Shown here: positions 7,456 to 15,214 of the stretch, one piece after another
How the letters are laid out: every line of letters starts with the position of its first letter
Position numbering within the stretch: the stretch's first letter is position 1
IMG/VR virus record: IMGVR_UViG_2606217117_000010
Length of the DNA stretch: 17,018 nt
Direction: 5' to 3' (one strand)
From: a virus
Lineage: Duplodnaviria; Heunggongvirae; Uroviricota; Caudoviricetes
Translations under genes and position numbers: made by a program
The notes under the pieces: model-generated
The model's database searches: none
Told to the model about the DNA's origin: nothing
What the model saw: only the letters and a program-made list of their open reading frames with translations

Positions 7456-8250
7456 ATGAGCGAGAAATTAAAGATAGTCTATCGCCCATTACAAGAATTG
7501 TCACCGTATGCGCACAATGCCAGGACGCACAGTACTGAGCAGGTGGCACAACTGGTAGAAAGTATTAAGCAATTCGGCTGGACTAATCCGGTGCTGATTG
7601 ACGAAAAGGGCAAAATTATTGCGGGTCACGGTCGTGTTATGGCGGCTGAAATGCTCAAAATGGATTCTGTTCCGGTCATTGTTCTGTCTGGCCTGACGGA
7701 TGAGCAGAAAAAGGCGTACCGCCTGGCAGATAATCGCCTGCCGATGAATGCTGGCTGGGATGAAGATCTGTTGCGGATGGAGCTGTCGGACCTAATCAAT
7801 GCTGATTTTGATGTCTCCCTGACAGGCTTCATCCCGACAGAAATTGATGAACTGTTGACGGATGTTTTGCCCGGTACAGGAAATGAGGAGGAGCCGTATA
7901 CGACGAAAATTGATACGCCTGTTTATGAGCCGTCGGGCGGTAAACCGGATATCAGTGAACTGTACGACGATACGAAAACTCAGGAGCTGATCAGCCGGAT
8001 ACGTTCGGCGTCCCTTGATCCTGATATTGAGAAATTCCTCCTGTGTGCGGCAGAACGTCACACAGTGTTTAATTTCAGCAGAATTGCGGACTATTACGCT
8101 CATGCCCCCGCTGAAATTCAGTGCCTTTTCGAGGAGTCGGCGCTGGTGATCATTGATTATCAGCAGGCTATTGAAAATGGATTTGTCCGAATGACGCAGC
8201 GCATGGTGGAGATCATGCATGGCGGGGAGGAGGAGGAGGAATATGCGTGA
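7456..8250 (+). CDS. ParB/sulfiredoxin-like nuclease-domain protein (ParB N-terminal domain plus uncharacterised C-terminal domain with poly-Glu tail)
   Basis: N-terminal IVYRPLQELSPYAHNARTH...NPVLIDEKGKIIAGHGRVMAAEM resembles the ParB/Srx fold, with a G-x-G-R box in place of the ParB GERRxRA patch. The C-terminus GGEEEEEYA is encoded by GGAGGAGGAGGAGGAA, which doubles as the RBS of the next gene. A Rac-prophage ynaK-like position is possible but unverified. Confidence 0.75.
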   Translation: MSEKLKIVYRPLQELSPYAHNARTHSTEQVAQLVESIKQFGWTNPVLIDEKGKIIAGHGRVMAAEMLKMDSVPVIVLSGLTDEQKKAYRLADNRLPMNAGWDEDLLRMELSDLINADFDVSLTGFIPTEIDELLTDVLPGTGNEEEPYTTKIDTPVYEPSGGKPDISELYDDTKTQELISRIRSASLDPDIEKFLLCAAERHTVFNFSRIADYYAHAPAEIQCLFEESALVIIDYQQAIENGFVRMTQRMVEIMHGGEEEEEYA

Positions 8251-9175
8251 TGATTTTTGCGCCTTTATTCTGACTCACGGGCGACCGGACAAAGTTCTGA
8301 CTTACCGGACGTTGCGTCGTGCTGGCTATACCGGGAAAATTTTTATCGTTGTTGATGATGAAGATAAGACACGGCATCAGTACATGGCTGAATTTGGTGA
8401 ACAGGTGCTGGTATTTTCCAAAGCCGATATTGCCAGTCGTTTTGACGAAGCCGATAATTTTGGTGATCGCCGCTCAATTTTTTACGCCCGTAATGCCTGT
8501 TTCGACCTGGCAAAACTGGTCGGGTGTAAATACTTCATTCAGCTCGATGATGATTATCACGAGTTCCAGTTTCGGGTGGATCGCAACTATGACCAGGCCT
8601 ATTTCCCGATAAGGAAACTGGATGCGATCCTTTCTGAAATGCTGGCGTATTACGAATCAATACCCGCGCTTTCCATCGCTATGTCGCAGGGCGGGGATTT
8701 TCTTGGTGACAATGGCGGCCATGCTTCGTGGGTGAAACGCAAGGCAATGAACAGCTTTATCTGTTCGGTTGATCGACCGTTCTCATTCATGGGGCGCATT
8801 AACGAGGATGTGAATACGTACACGAATCTCGGTCGCTGTGGTGAATTGTTTATGACGATCGGTGCTGTCCAGTTAGGGCAGAAACAGACTCAGAAAAACA
8901 GCGGCGGAATGACCGAGCTGTATCTGGATTCCGGAACCTACGTTAAAAGTTTTTACTCCGTCATGTATTCGCCGTCGTGCGTAAAAATCTCACTGATGGG
9001 TGCCAGCCATAAACGCATTCACCATCAGGTCACCTGGAACAACGCTGCAGTAAAAATCCTTCACGAAAAATACAGGAAGAAGACACCCTGCATATCAATG
9101 GGGGTGACAAATGATTCCGTATTCGAAAGTCGAGTCTCTGGCAGCGTGCCGGATGACTGCACAACAAATCGCTGA
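8243..9175 (+). CDS. uncharacterised protein with N-terminal GT-A (family-2-like) glycosyltransferase fold signature
   Basis: The coding region is well supported: long ORF, strong AGGAGG RBS, 8-nt overlap with the upstream stop. Alternative ATG at 8219 gives MAGRRRRN-. The function is a motif-level guess: AFILTHGRPD...IFIVVDDEDK...ARNACFDLAKLVGCKYFIQLDDDYHEF resembles the GT2 pattern (beta-strand with DD, then ARN...G.Y...LDxDD/DxD). Confidence 0.6.
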   Translation: MRDDFCAFILTHGRPDKVLTYRTLRRAGYTGKIFIVVDDEDKTRHQYMAEFGEQVLVFSKADIASRFDEADNFGDRRSIFYARNACFDLAKLVGCKYFIQLDDDYHEFQFRVDRNYDQAYFPIRKLDAILSEMLAYYESIPALSIAMSQGGDFLGDNGGHASWVKRKAMNSFICSVDRPFSFMGRINEDVNTYTNLGRCGELFMTIGAVQLGQKQTQKNSGGMTELYLDSGTYVKSFYSVMYSPSCVKISLMGASHKRIHHQVTWNNAAVKILHEKYRKKTPCISMGVTNDSVFESRVSGSVPDDCTTNR

Positions 9176-9362
9176 CGTTCTGGATGTTGATCTGAACCGA
9201 CTGAAAGAAAATCGGGAAGCAATGACAGATTTTTATGCGGCCATCCGTAAGGGCAGAGCGAAAGGTGAAGCCGAGTTACGAGCGGCATTGTTTAAGCTTG
9301 CCAGAAAAGGGGATGCCTTTGCTCTGCGCGAACTACTCAGGGTGGATAAAAATCAGGACTAA
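9111..9362 (+). CDS. small hypothetical protein, possibly DNA-binding (packaging-associated?)
   Basis: 83 aa ORF with GGGGTG RBS, ending 3 nt before the terminase small subunit start. Contains the HTH-like segment MTAQQIADVLDVDLNRL. It overlaps the 3' end of the upstream gene by 65 nt, and the alternative start at 9153 still overlaps by 23 nt. Confidence 0.45.
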   Translation: MIPYSKVESLAACRMTAQQIADVLDVDLNRLKENREAMTDFYAAIRKGRAKGEAELRAALFKLARKGDAFALRELLRVDKNQD

Positions 9363-9365
9363 CTG

Positions 9366-10460
9366 ATGAGCAGACCGGACTGGGGGGCGTTGCAGCAGGA
9401 GTATATTGCTGAATACACCCGCTCCGGTATATCTCCGGTGGCATGGTGTGAAGCAAGGGGACTGAACTACGCAACAGCCCGTCGTTACATCAAAAAAACT
9501 CCGAAAAATGCGCAGAAAGAAATGCGCAAAACTGCGCAAAAAAGTGCGCGAAAAAAAACTGCGCAGACTGCGCAAAGGCAGAACGGAAAATCTCAGAAAA
9601 AAAAGGCTGTATCCGATGCACTCCTGATTGAGGGGGACACGGAAGAAATTTCGTTCTGCCCCGATGAATTCGGTATTTCTGACCAGCAGGCAAAATTCGC
9701 CATGTTGGTTGCTCAGGGGAAAAAGCCGACAGAGGCATACCGACTGGCTGGTTATGAGGGGCAAGGTGCGACAGCTAACAGCAACGCCAGCCGTATGCTT
9801 AGAAATGCCAGGGTTTATCGTGCTATCAGCTACTTCCGCAATCAGTACCAGAAACGCTATACCGCAGACCTGGATTTACTGGTGAGCCAGTTGATGGCCA
9901 TTGTCCAGGCCGACCCCAATCAGTTGGCACAATTTCGCCGTGTTAACTGCCGTTATTGCTGGGGCGAGAATCATCTCTACCAGTGGCGTGATATTGCAGA
10001 ATTCGATAAGGCTGCGGCACAGGCCTCCAGAGATGGTAAACCCGAGCCGGAATATGGAGGCCTCGGCTTTGTTGATAACGCCATACCCAATCCTGATTGC
10101 CCGAAGTGCTGCGGTGAGGGAACAGGACAGCTTTATATGGCTGATACCACACTGCTTGATGGGGATGCGCGGCAATTATATGCAGGGTCAAAGCTCGGAA
10201 AATACGGTGTTGAGATCCTGCTGGAGGATAAGGCTGCCGCCCGGCGTGAATTGTTGCGTTTGCTTTCTGCTGGCGGGGCATTATGTGCAGATAAGCGGCT
10301 ACAGGAACTGGAAATTGAACGGCGCAGAATAGAGAACCAGAAGCTGCGCAAAGAGATCGAAACGGTGGAGGATAATGAACATCCCCAGCCTGTGGCGATC
10401 AATATTAATGTGGTTGATGCCAGATTAAGGAGTGATGAAGATGATCTCTCCGACGCTTAA
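9366..10460 (+). CDS. terminase small subunit (Terminase_2-like) with N-terminal HTH, lysine-rich linker and a CxxC...CxxC zinc-ribbon insertion
   Basis: Segment FGISDQQAKFAMLVAQGKKPTEAYRLAGYEGQGATANSNASRMLRNARV matches the terminase small-subunit pattern (LT.KQ..F...Y...NAT.A...AGYS...A...ASRLL.N). Lies immediately upstream of the large subunit. Cysteine pairs NCRYCWGE and DCPKCCGE. Confidence 0.7.
   Translation: MSRPDWGALQQEYIAEYTRSGISPVAWCEARGLNYATARRYIKKTPKNAQKEMRKTAQKSARKKTAQTAQRQNGKSQKKKAVSDALLIEGDTEEISFCPDEFGISDQQAKFAMLVAQGKKPTEAYRLAGYEGQGATANSNASRMLRNARVYRAISYFRNQYQKRYTADLDLLVSQLMAIVQADPNQLAQFRRVNCRYCWGENHLYQWRDIAEFDKAAAQASRDGKPEPEYGGLGFVDNAIPNPDCPKCCGEGTGQLYMADTTLLDGDARQLYAGSKLGKYGVEILLEDKAAARRELLRLLSAGGALCADKRLQELEIERRRIENQKLRKEIETVEDNEHPQPVAININVVDARLRSDEDDLSDA
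9490..9620 (+). repeat. degenerate tandem repeats (about 12 nt, TGCGCA-A-rich) with A7-A8 homopolymer runs, inside the terminase small subunit gene
   Basis: AATGCGCAGAAAG / AAATGCGCAAAA / CTGCGCAAAAAA / GTGCGCGAAAAAAAA / CTGCGCAGACTGCGCAAAGG, encoding KNAQKEMRKTAQKSARKKTAQTAQRQ. Confidence 0.5.
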
Positions 10461-11742
10461 TGTGCCTCAGGCGCGATTTCTTTCAATGCCCCATAAATTT
10501 AAAGCCTATATTGCTGGTTTTGGCTCGGGCAAAACATGGGTTGGGTGTGGCGGCATATGCAAGGGGATTTGGGAGCATCCAGGTATAAATCAGGGATATT
10601 TTGCGCCAACGTATCCCCAAATTCGCGATATTTTTTACCCTACAGTGGAAGAAGTTGCTGCTGACTGGGGATTGAACGTAAAAATTAATGAGGGAAATAA
10701 AGAGGTTCACTTTTATTACGGACGCCAGTATCGGGGAACCACTATCTGCAGATCGATGGAGAAGCCACAAACGATCGTCGGTTTCAAAATTGGTAATGCG
10801 CTGGTGGATGAACTGGACATTTTGCCGAAGGAAAAAGCCAGAACGGCGTGGCGCAAGATAATTGCGCGTATGCGTTATAAGATTGATGGACTTCGCAACG
10901 GTATTGACGTTACAACCACGCCGGAAGGATTCAAATTTGTCTACGAGCAGTTTGTTAAAGCCGTGCGTGAAAAAACAGAGCTGGCCTCACTGTATGGTCT
11001 GGTGCAGGCATCTACTTTCGATAATGAAAAGAACCTGCCAGCAGATTACATTCCTTCACTTCTTGAATCATACCCTCCAGAGCTGATTAAAGCCTATCTT
11101 CTAGGACGGTTTACTAACCTGACAAGTGGTACTGTTTACCATCAGTTTGACCGGAAACTGAATAATTGCGAAGAAGTGGAGCAGCCAGGGGAGCCGATTT
11201 ATATTGGGATGGATTTTAACGTTGGAAAGATGGCGGGAATCGTCCATGTGCTGCGTTTGGGGCTTCCATGTGCGGTAACTGAAATCATCAATGCCTACGA
11301 TACGCCGGATATGATCCGCCTCATTAAAGAACGCTTCTGGCTGTATGACGGGCATGATTACCGGAAAGTGAGGGAGATTTATATTTATCCAGATGCTTCC
11401 GGAGATTCCAGAAAATCAAGTAACGCAAGTACGACGGATATAGCCCAGCTTAAGCAGGCAGGTTTTAACGTTGTGGTGAACAGCTCGACCCCGCCAGTAA
11501 AAGATCGCGTTAACTCAATGAATGCAATGTTCTGCAATGCCAATGGTGAGCGTCGCTATAAAGTTAATGTGAAGCGTTGTCCGGTATATGCCGAATCTCT
11601 GGAGCAACAGGTCTGGGATGATAAGGGGGAGCCTGATAAAAAATCTGGCAATGATCACCCGAATGATGCCGGAGGTTATTTCATCGTTAAGCAATTCCCT
11701 ATTGTCAAACCGACCGGAAGAGTCACATCACTTCGGATTTAA
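10441..11742 (+). CDS. terminase large subunit (ATPase plus nuclease)
   Basis: Walker A AGFGSGKT near the N-terminus, and C-terminal nuclease acidic motifs (YPDASGDS, GNDHPNDAGG). AAGGAG RBS at 10426-10431 favours ATG 10441; the ORF-track start at 10432 (GTG) is also possible. Overlaps the end of the small-subunit gene. Confidence 0.9.
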   Translation: MISPTLNVPQARFLSMPHKFKAYIAGFGSGKTWVGCGGICKGIWEHPGINQGYFAPTYPQIRDIFYPTVEEVAADWGLNVKINEGNKEVHFYYGRQYRGTTICRSMEKPQTIVGFKIGNALVDELDILPKEKARTAWRKIIARMRYKIDGLRNGIDVTTTPEGFKFVYEQFVKAVREKTELASLYGLVQASTFDNEKNLPADYIPSLLESYPPELIKAYLLGRFTNLTSGTVYHQFDRKLNNCEEVEQPGEPIYIGMDFNVGKMAGIVHVLRLGLPCAVTEIINAYDTPDMIRLIKERFWLYDGHDYRKVREIYIYPDASGDSRKSSNASTTDIAQLKQAGFNVVVNSSTPPVKDRVNSMNAMFCNANGERRYKVNVKRCPVYAESLEQQVWDDKGEPDKKSGNDHPNDAGGYFIVKQFPIVKPTGRVTSLRI

Positions 11743-11744
11743 TT

Positions 11745-13151
11745 ATGGCTGATATATCAACACCCAACCTCGACTATAACGATATGCTGGAGGCGTGGGA
11801 TATTAACGACGCATTGATGGGCGGTACGCTTGAAATGCGCAGGCAGGGGGAAAATTATCTCCCCAAATGGCCTAATGAAGATGAAGACGCTTATAAAAAA
11901 CGCCTGTCTGTGGCTACGTTACTTCCTGTGTATGAAGAAAGCATCAAACAAAATATTGGGCGCATATTTGCAGAGCCGACAGTATTGAGTGAGGAAACGC
12001 CGGAAAAAATCAGGGAATATGCAGAAAATATCGACATGGAGGGGAGCCGACTGGATGTGTGGGCGCAGCAATTTTTCAGTCTCGCATTTCAGTATGGTGT
12101 GGCACATGCGCTGGTGGACTATCCACGAACGGATATGAACGAGATTCGGACAAAAGCCGATGAAAACGCGGCCGGTGGTCGCCCGTACGTTACGATGCTG
12201 AATCCACGCCAGGTTATTGGATGGAAATCGAAAGTTGAAAAAGGGAAAGTTGTTCTCACTGATTTGCGTATAAAAGAGGTCATCATTATTGATGGTGATG
12301 ATTTCGGGCAGAAGAAGGTGGAGCAGATCCGCCATATTATGCCCCGTCGAGTTGAAATTTATCGACGTAGCGAAGGCACTAATGGCGAATCTGTCTGGAC
12401 GCTTCATGAGTCATGGAATACCAGCCGTGATGATATTCCTCTGGTAACACTGTACACGAAGAAAACAGGATTTATGCGTGGTACACCGCCATTGCTTAAT
12501 CTTGGCTTGCTGAATATCAAGCACTGGCAAAGCCAGAGCGAGCAGGACAATATTCTTCATGTTGCCCGCGTTCCATTGCTGGTGGCCTACGGGCTGGACA
12601 GGAATGAAGAACTGACGGTTGGTGCATCCACCGCTACGATTTTTGAGGACAGAACAAAAAATGGCCTCGAATATGTTGAACATAGTGGCGCAGCGATAGA
12701 ATCTGGCGAAACATCACTTGAGAAGCTGGAAAATCAGATGCGTCATGCCGGCGCTAAACTTCTGCGTGCTGAAAATACATCCACCAAATCTGTTGATCAG
12801 ACTAATGAAGAGCGAATGCAGGAAAACTCGCCGCTTTATACAATGGCGAACTCCCTCGAAGATGCCCTCGATAATATTCTCCAGATAATGGCGGAATGGA
12901 TCGGAGAGAGTTGCGGTGGCAATGTGGATGTGCGCACTGAACTGGATGTATCTGCCCAGGTGTTTGACTCATCCTCCGCGCTGGCTGTTCAGTCATTGCG
13001 TCAGGGCGGTGATATACGTCAGATTGATGCGGTTCGGGTGTTGCAGGCGTTGAAATTTATCGATCAGGATTCCCGTCCAGAGGAAGTGATCGATGAATTA
13101 AAAAATCAGAGTGTAATGCTGATGGAAATCAATGATGCAAACCGTGAATGA
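11745..13151 (+). CDS. portal protein (putative)
   Basis: 468 aa ORF starting 3 nt after the large-terminase stop and followed by a Mu-F-like head morphogenesis gene: the canonical portal position and size. No motif confirmation. Confidence 0.7.
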   Translation: MADISTPNLDYNDMLEAWDINDALMGGTLEMRRQGENYLPKWPNEDEDAYKKRLSVATLLPVYEESIKQNIGRIFAEPTVLSEETPEKIREYAENIDMEGSRLDVWAQQFFSLAFQYGVAHALVDYPRTDMNEIRTKADENAAGGRPYVTMLNPRQVIGWKSKVEKGKVVLTDLRIKEVIIIDGDDFGQKKVEQIRHIMPRRVEIYRRSEGTNGESVWTLHESWNTSRDDIPLVTLYTKKTGFMRGTPPLLNLGLLNIKHWQSQSEQDNILHVARVPLLVAYGLDRNEELTVGASTATIFEDRTKNGLEYVEHSGAAIESGETSLEKLENQMRHAGAKLLRAENTSTKSVDQTNEERMQENSPLYTMANSLEDALDNILQIMAEWIGESCGGNVDVRTELDVSAQVFDSSSALAVQSLRQGGDIRQIDAVRVLQALKFIDQDSRPEEVIDELKNQSVMLMEINDANRE

Positions 13152-14247
13152 ACGGCTGCGTGATGAATCAATTGCTCATGCAGTCTGGATATCCCGCTAT
13201 AGCACTGGCGTGGCTGCCAGAATGGTGAAAATACTGAATGACAGCGATGCGGAACTTACTGCTCGCCTGCTGATAGCACTGGACAGCCTCGATCCAGGTA
13301 GTTTTACCGTTAAGCGCCTGGAGTCACTTCTGGCGAGCGTCAGAGAGGTTAACCGCACTGCTATTAACAGCATGTTTACCAGTCTCTCCGGAGAGCTGAA
13401 CGAGCTGGCAATTTATGAGGCTGGTTATCAGTTAAGTCTGTTTGATTCTATGCTACCTGATTTTGTTGCTGATGTTCACCCTCTGGTTGGTATCTCTCCT
13501 GATGCACTTTATGCCGCTGCAATGGCGCGACCATTCCAGGGACGACTGCTCAGTGAGTGGGCCTCAGATCTTGAGGCGGATCGGCTCAGACGCATAACAA
13601 ATACAGTGCGTCAGGGTTTTTTGCTGGGGGATACCAATGAGCAGATCGCAAGAAAAATTCGGGGACATGTCAGTAAGGGATTTCAGGATGGTGCATTGCA
13701 GATGAGCCGGGCTAATGCGGCCAGCATTGCAAAAACAGCGGTTGGACATCTTGCTGCTACTGCCCGTGAGAGTTTTGCCAGCGCGAATAATGATTTGATT
13801 AAGGGTAAGCAATGGTTATCAACGCTTGATAATCGTACTACGCCACAATGTCGAATCAGGGATCGCCTCAAATATACGCTGAATAATAAACCTGTAGGTC
13901 ACAGCGTGCCTTATTTGCAGGGGCCGGGAAAAATTCATTTCTGCTGCCGCTCAACGGAAACGTTCATTCTGAAATCAGCGAAGGAACTGGGTATTGATGT
14001 TCGCGATATTTCCCCGGCTGAGCGGGCCAGCATGGATGGCGTGATGGCCGGAGATACAACCTACAGGGAATGGTTTTTGCGTCAGCCTTACACCAGACAA
14101 AAACAGATTGTGGGGGAAAGCCGAGCAAAGCTGATTCGGGATGGTGGTATGTCGCCAGATGAATTTTACACCGATAAAGGCGAATGGCTGACGCTGAAGC
14201 AGCTCCGTGAGCGTGATGCACAGGTATTCAGAAAAGCAGGGATTTAA
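13132..14247 (+). CDS. phage head morphogenesis protein, SPP1 gp7 / Mu F family (minor head protein)
   Basis: Contains the family-typical segment GKQWLSTLDNRTTPQCRIRDRLKY (D-x-R-T-x-x-C). Overlaps the portal gene end by 20 nt. Confidence 0.8.
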   Translation: MMQTVNERLRDESIAHAVWISRYSTGVAARMVKILNDSDAELTARLLIALDSLDPGSFTVKRLESLLASVREVNRTAINSMFTSLSGELNELAIYEAGYQLSLFDSMLPDFVADVHPLVGISPDALYAAAMARPFQGRLLSEWASDLEADRLRRITNTVRQGFLLGDTNEQIARKIRGHVSKGFQDGALQMSRANAASIAKTAVGHLAATARESFASANNDLIKGKQWLSTLDNRTTPQCRIRDRLKYTLNNKPVGHSVPYLQGPGKIHFCCRSTETFILKSAKELGIDVRDISPAERASMDGVMAGDTTYREWFLRQPYTRQKQIVGESRAKLIRDGGMSPDEFYTDKGEWLTLKQLRERDAQVFRKAGI

Positions 14248-14266
14248 ATAAATCATTTATTACAAC

Positions 14267-14294
14267 AGGCTACCTTCGGGTGGCCTTTTTTATT
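14267..14294 (+). terminator. rho-independent terminator with UUCG tetraloop between the head morphogenesis and scaffold genes
   Basis: AGGCTACC-TTCG-GGTGGCCT (8-bp stem including one G-U pair) followed by TTTTTATT, beginning 20 nt after the stop at 14247. Confidence 0.6.
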
Positions 14295-14351
14295 GCTGCG
14301 ATCCGGATGGTGAGCAGCGTAACTGTCGGAAGACTTAAACCAGGTACTAAT

Positions 14352-15116
14352 ATGAAACTGAAAACGGTCGAGATTAACGGAAAACAATACGCAGAAATTG
14401 ATACTGCTGGCCTGCCAGTTTATGTGCACGACGATGGTAAAGAAATTGGCTTCGATGCACCGCTGGCGACAAAAAAAATTACAGAGCTTAATGGCGAGGC
14501 AAAAAATCATCGCCTGGCTAAAGAAGCTGCAGAGGAAAAACTGGCTAAGTTTGCCGCTATCGAAGACCCGAAGAAGGCGATCGAGGCACTGGAAATGCTG
14601 TCAAAAATCGACCAGAAAAAGCTGCTCGATGCGGGACAGGTTGACCAGGTTAAGGCAGAAATTACGAAAAATTTTCAGCAGCAATTAGATGAAGAAAAGC
14701 AACGCTCTCAGATGCTGGAGAAGCAGCTTTACGATTCTATGATTGGCGGTAGTTTTGCGGGTTCAAAATATATTGCCGATAAAATTGCGATCCCGGCAGA
14801 TTTATTACAAGCCCGCTTCGGGCAGGCATTCAAAGTGGAAGAAGGGAGGATCGTTGCTTATGACGCTTCCGGCAACAAAATTTATTCCCGCGCGAAGCCT
14901 GGCGAACTGGCGCAGTTTGATGAGGCGCTGGAGTTCCTTGTCGAAAATTACCCTCAGAAAGACTACATCCTGAAAGCCAGTGGCAACAATGGCGGCGGCT
15001 CCCGTCCGACACAGCATGATATTGGTCAGAAAACGATGAAACGCTCTGCTTTTGATGCACTGGATGTTGCAGGTAAGCAAAACGCATTGAAAGACGGTAT
15101 CACAATCGTTGATTAA
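14352..15116 (+). CDS. putative scaffolding protein
   Basis: 254 aa, highly charged and alanine/lysine/glutamate-rich with predicted coiled-coil character. Positioned between the head morphogenesis and capsid genes. The ORF-track start at 14280 lies inside the terminator hairpin, so ATG 14352 is preferred. Confidence 0.55.
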   Translation: MKLKTVEINGKQYAEIDTAGLPVYVHDDGKEIGFDAPLATKKITELNGEAKNHRLAKEAAEEKLAKFAAIEDPKKAIEALEMLSKIDQKKLLDAGQVDQVKAEITKNFQQQLDEEKQRSQMLEKQLYDSMIGGSFAGSKYIADKIAIPADLLQARFGQAFKVEEGRIVAYDASGNKIYSRAKPGELAQFDEALEFLVENYPQKDYILKASGNNGGGSRPTQHDIGQKTMKRSAFDALDVAGKQNALKDGITIVD

Positions 15117-15214
15117 CACATTTGTCAGCTTCCGGATGGGAGCTGGTGTCAGGGCTGGATAGCTCATTACTCCATCTATTCACAATTACGCAAATTTTTA
15201 AGGAATATTTAATT

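Noticed and set aside
7257-7538. 93-aa ORF spanning the trkG end, the intergenic terminator and the ParB-like gene start
   Set aside because: It crosses an intrinsic terminator and overlaps two supported genes in other frames.
7626-8220. Minus-strand ORFs 7626-7832 and 7792-8220
   Set aside because: They are antisense to the ParB-like gene and arginine/serine-rich as expected from the reverse frame. No independent support.
9490-9620. Repetitive TGCGCA-A-rich region considered as a possible CRISPR or other repeat array
   Set aside because: The units are short (about 12 nt), degenerate, have no spacers, and are in frame within a coding sequence. It is annotated as an intragenic low-complexity repeat instead.
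9333-10402. Multiple overlapping ORFs on both strands (9333-9764, 9490-9738, 9628-9885, 9876-10175, 9901-10332, 9943-10281, 10133-10402)
   Set aside because: All lie within the terminase small subunit gene, which has the family signature in its own frame. They are by-products of the repeat-rich, GC-biased sequence.
10483-13871. Antisense or alternative-frame ORFs inside the large terminase, portal and head morphogenesis genes (10483-10770, 10862-11086, 11101-11355, 11919-12407, 12411-12683, 12802-12996, 13564-13812, 13683-13871)
   Set aside because: They are nested in long, motif-supported structural genes and none has a convincing RBS or a recognisable domain.
14280-14351. Upstream extension of the scaffold ORF (MAFFIAAIRMVSSV...)
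   Set aside because: The extension begins inside the terminator hairpin and has no RBS. ATG 14352 is the more plausible start.
15122-15214. Upstream extension of the capsid ORF (MSASGWELVSGLDSS...)
   Set aside because: The in-frame ATG at 15215 has an AAGGA RBS, and the protein from there begins with a plausible coat-protein N-terminus. The extension has no RBS.
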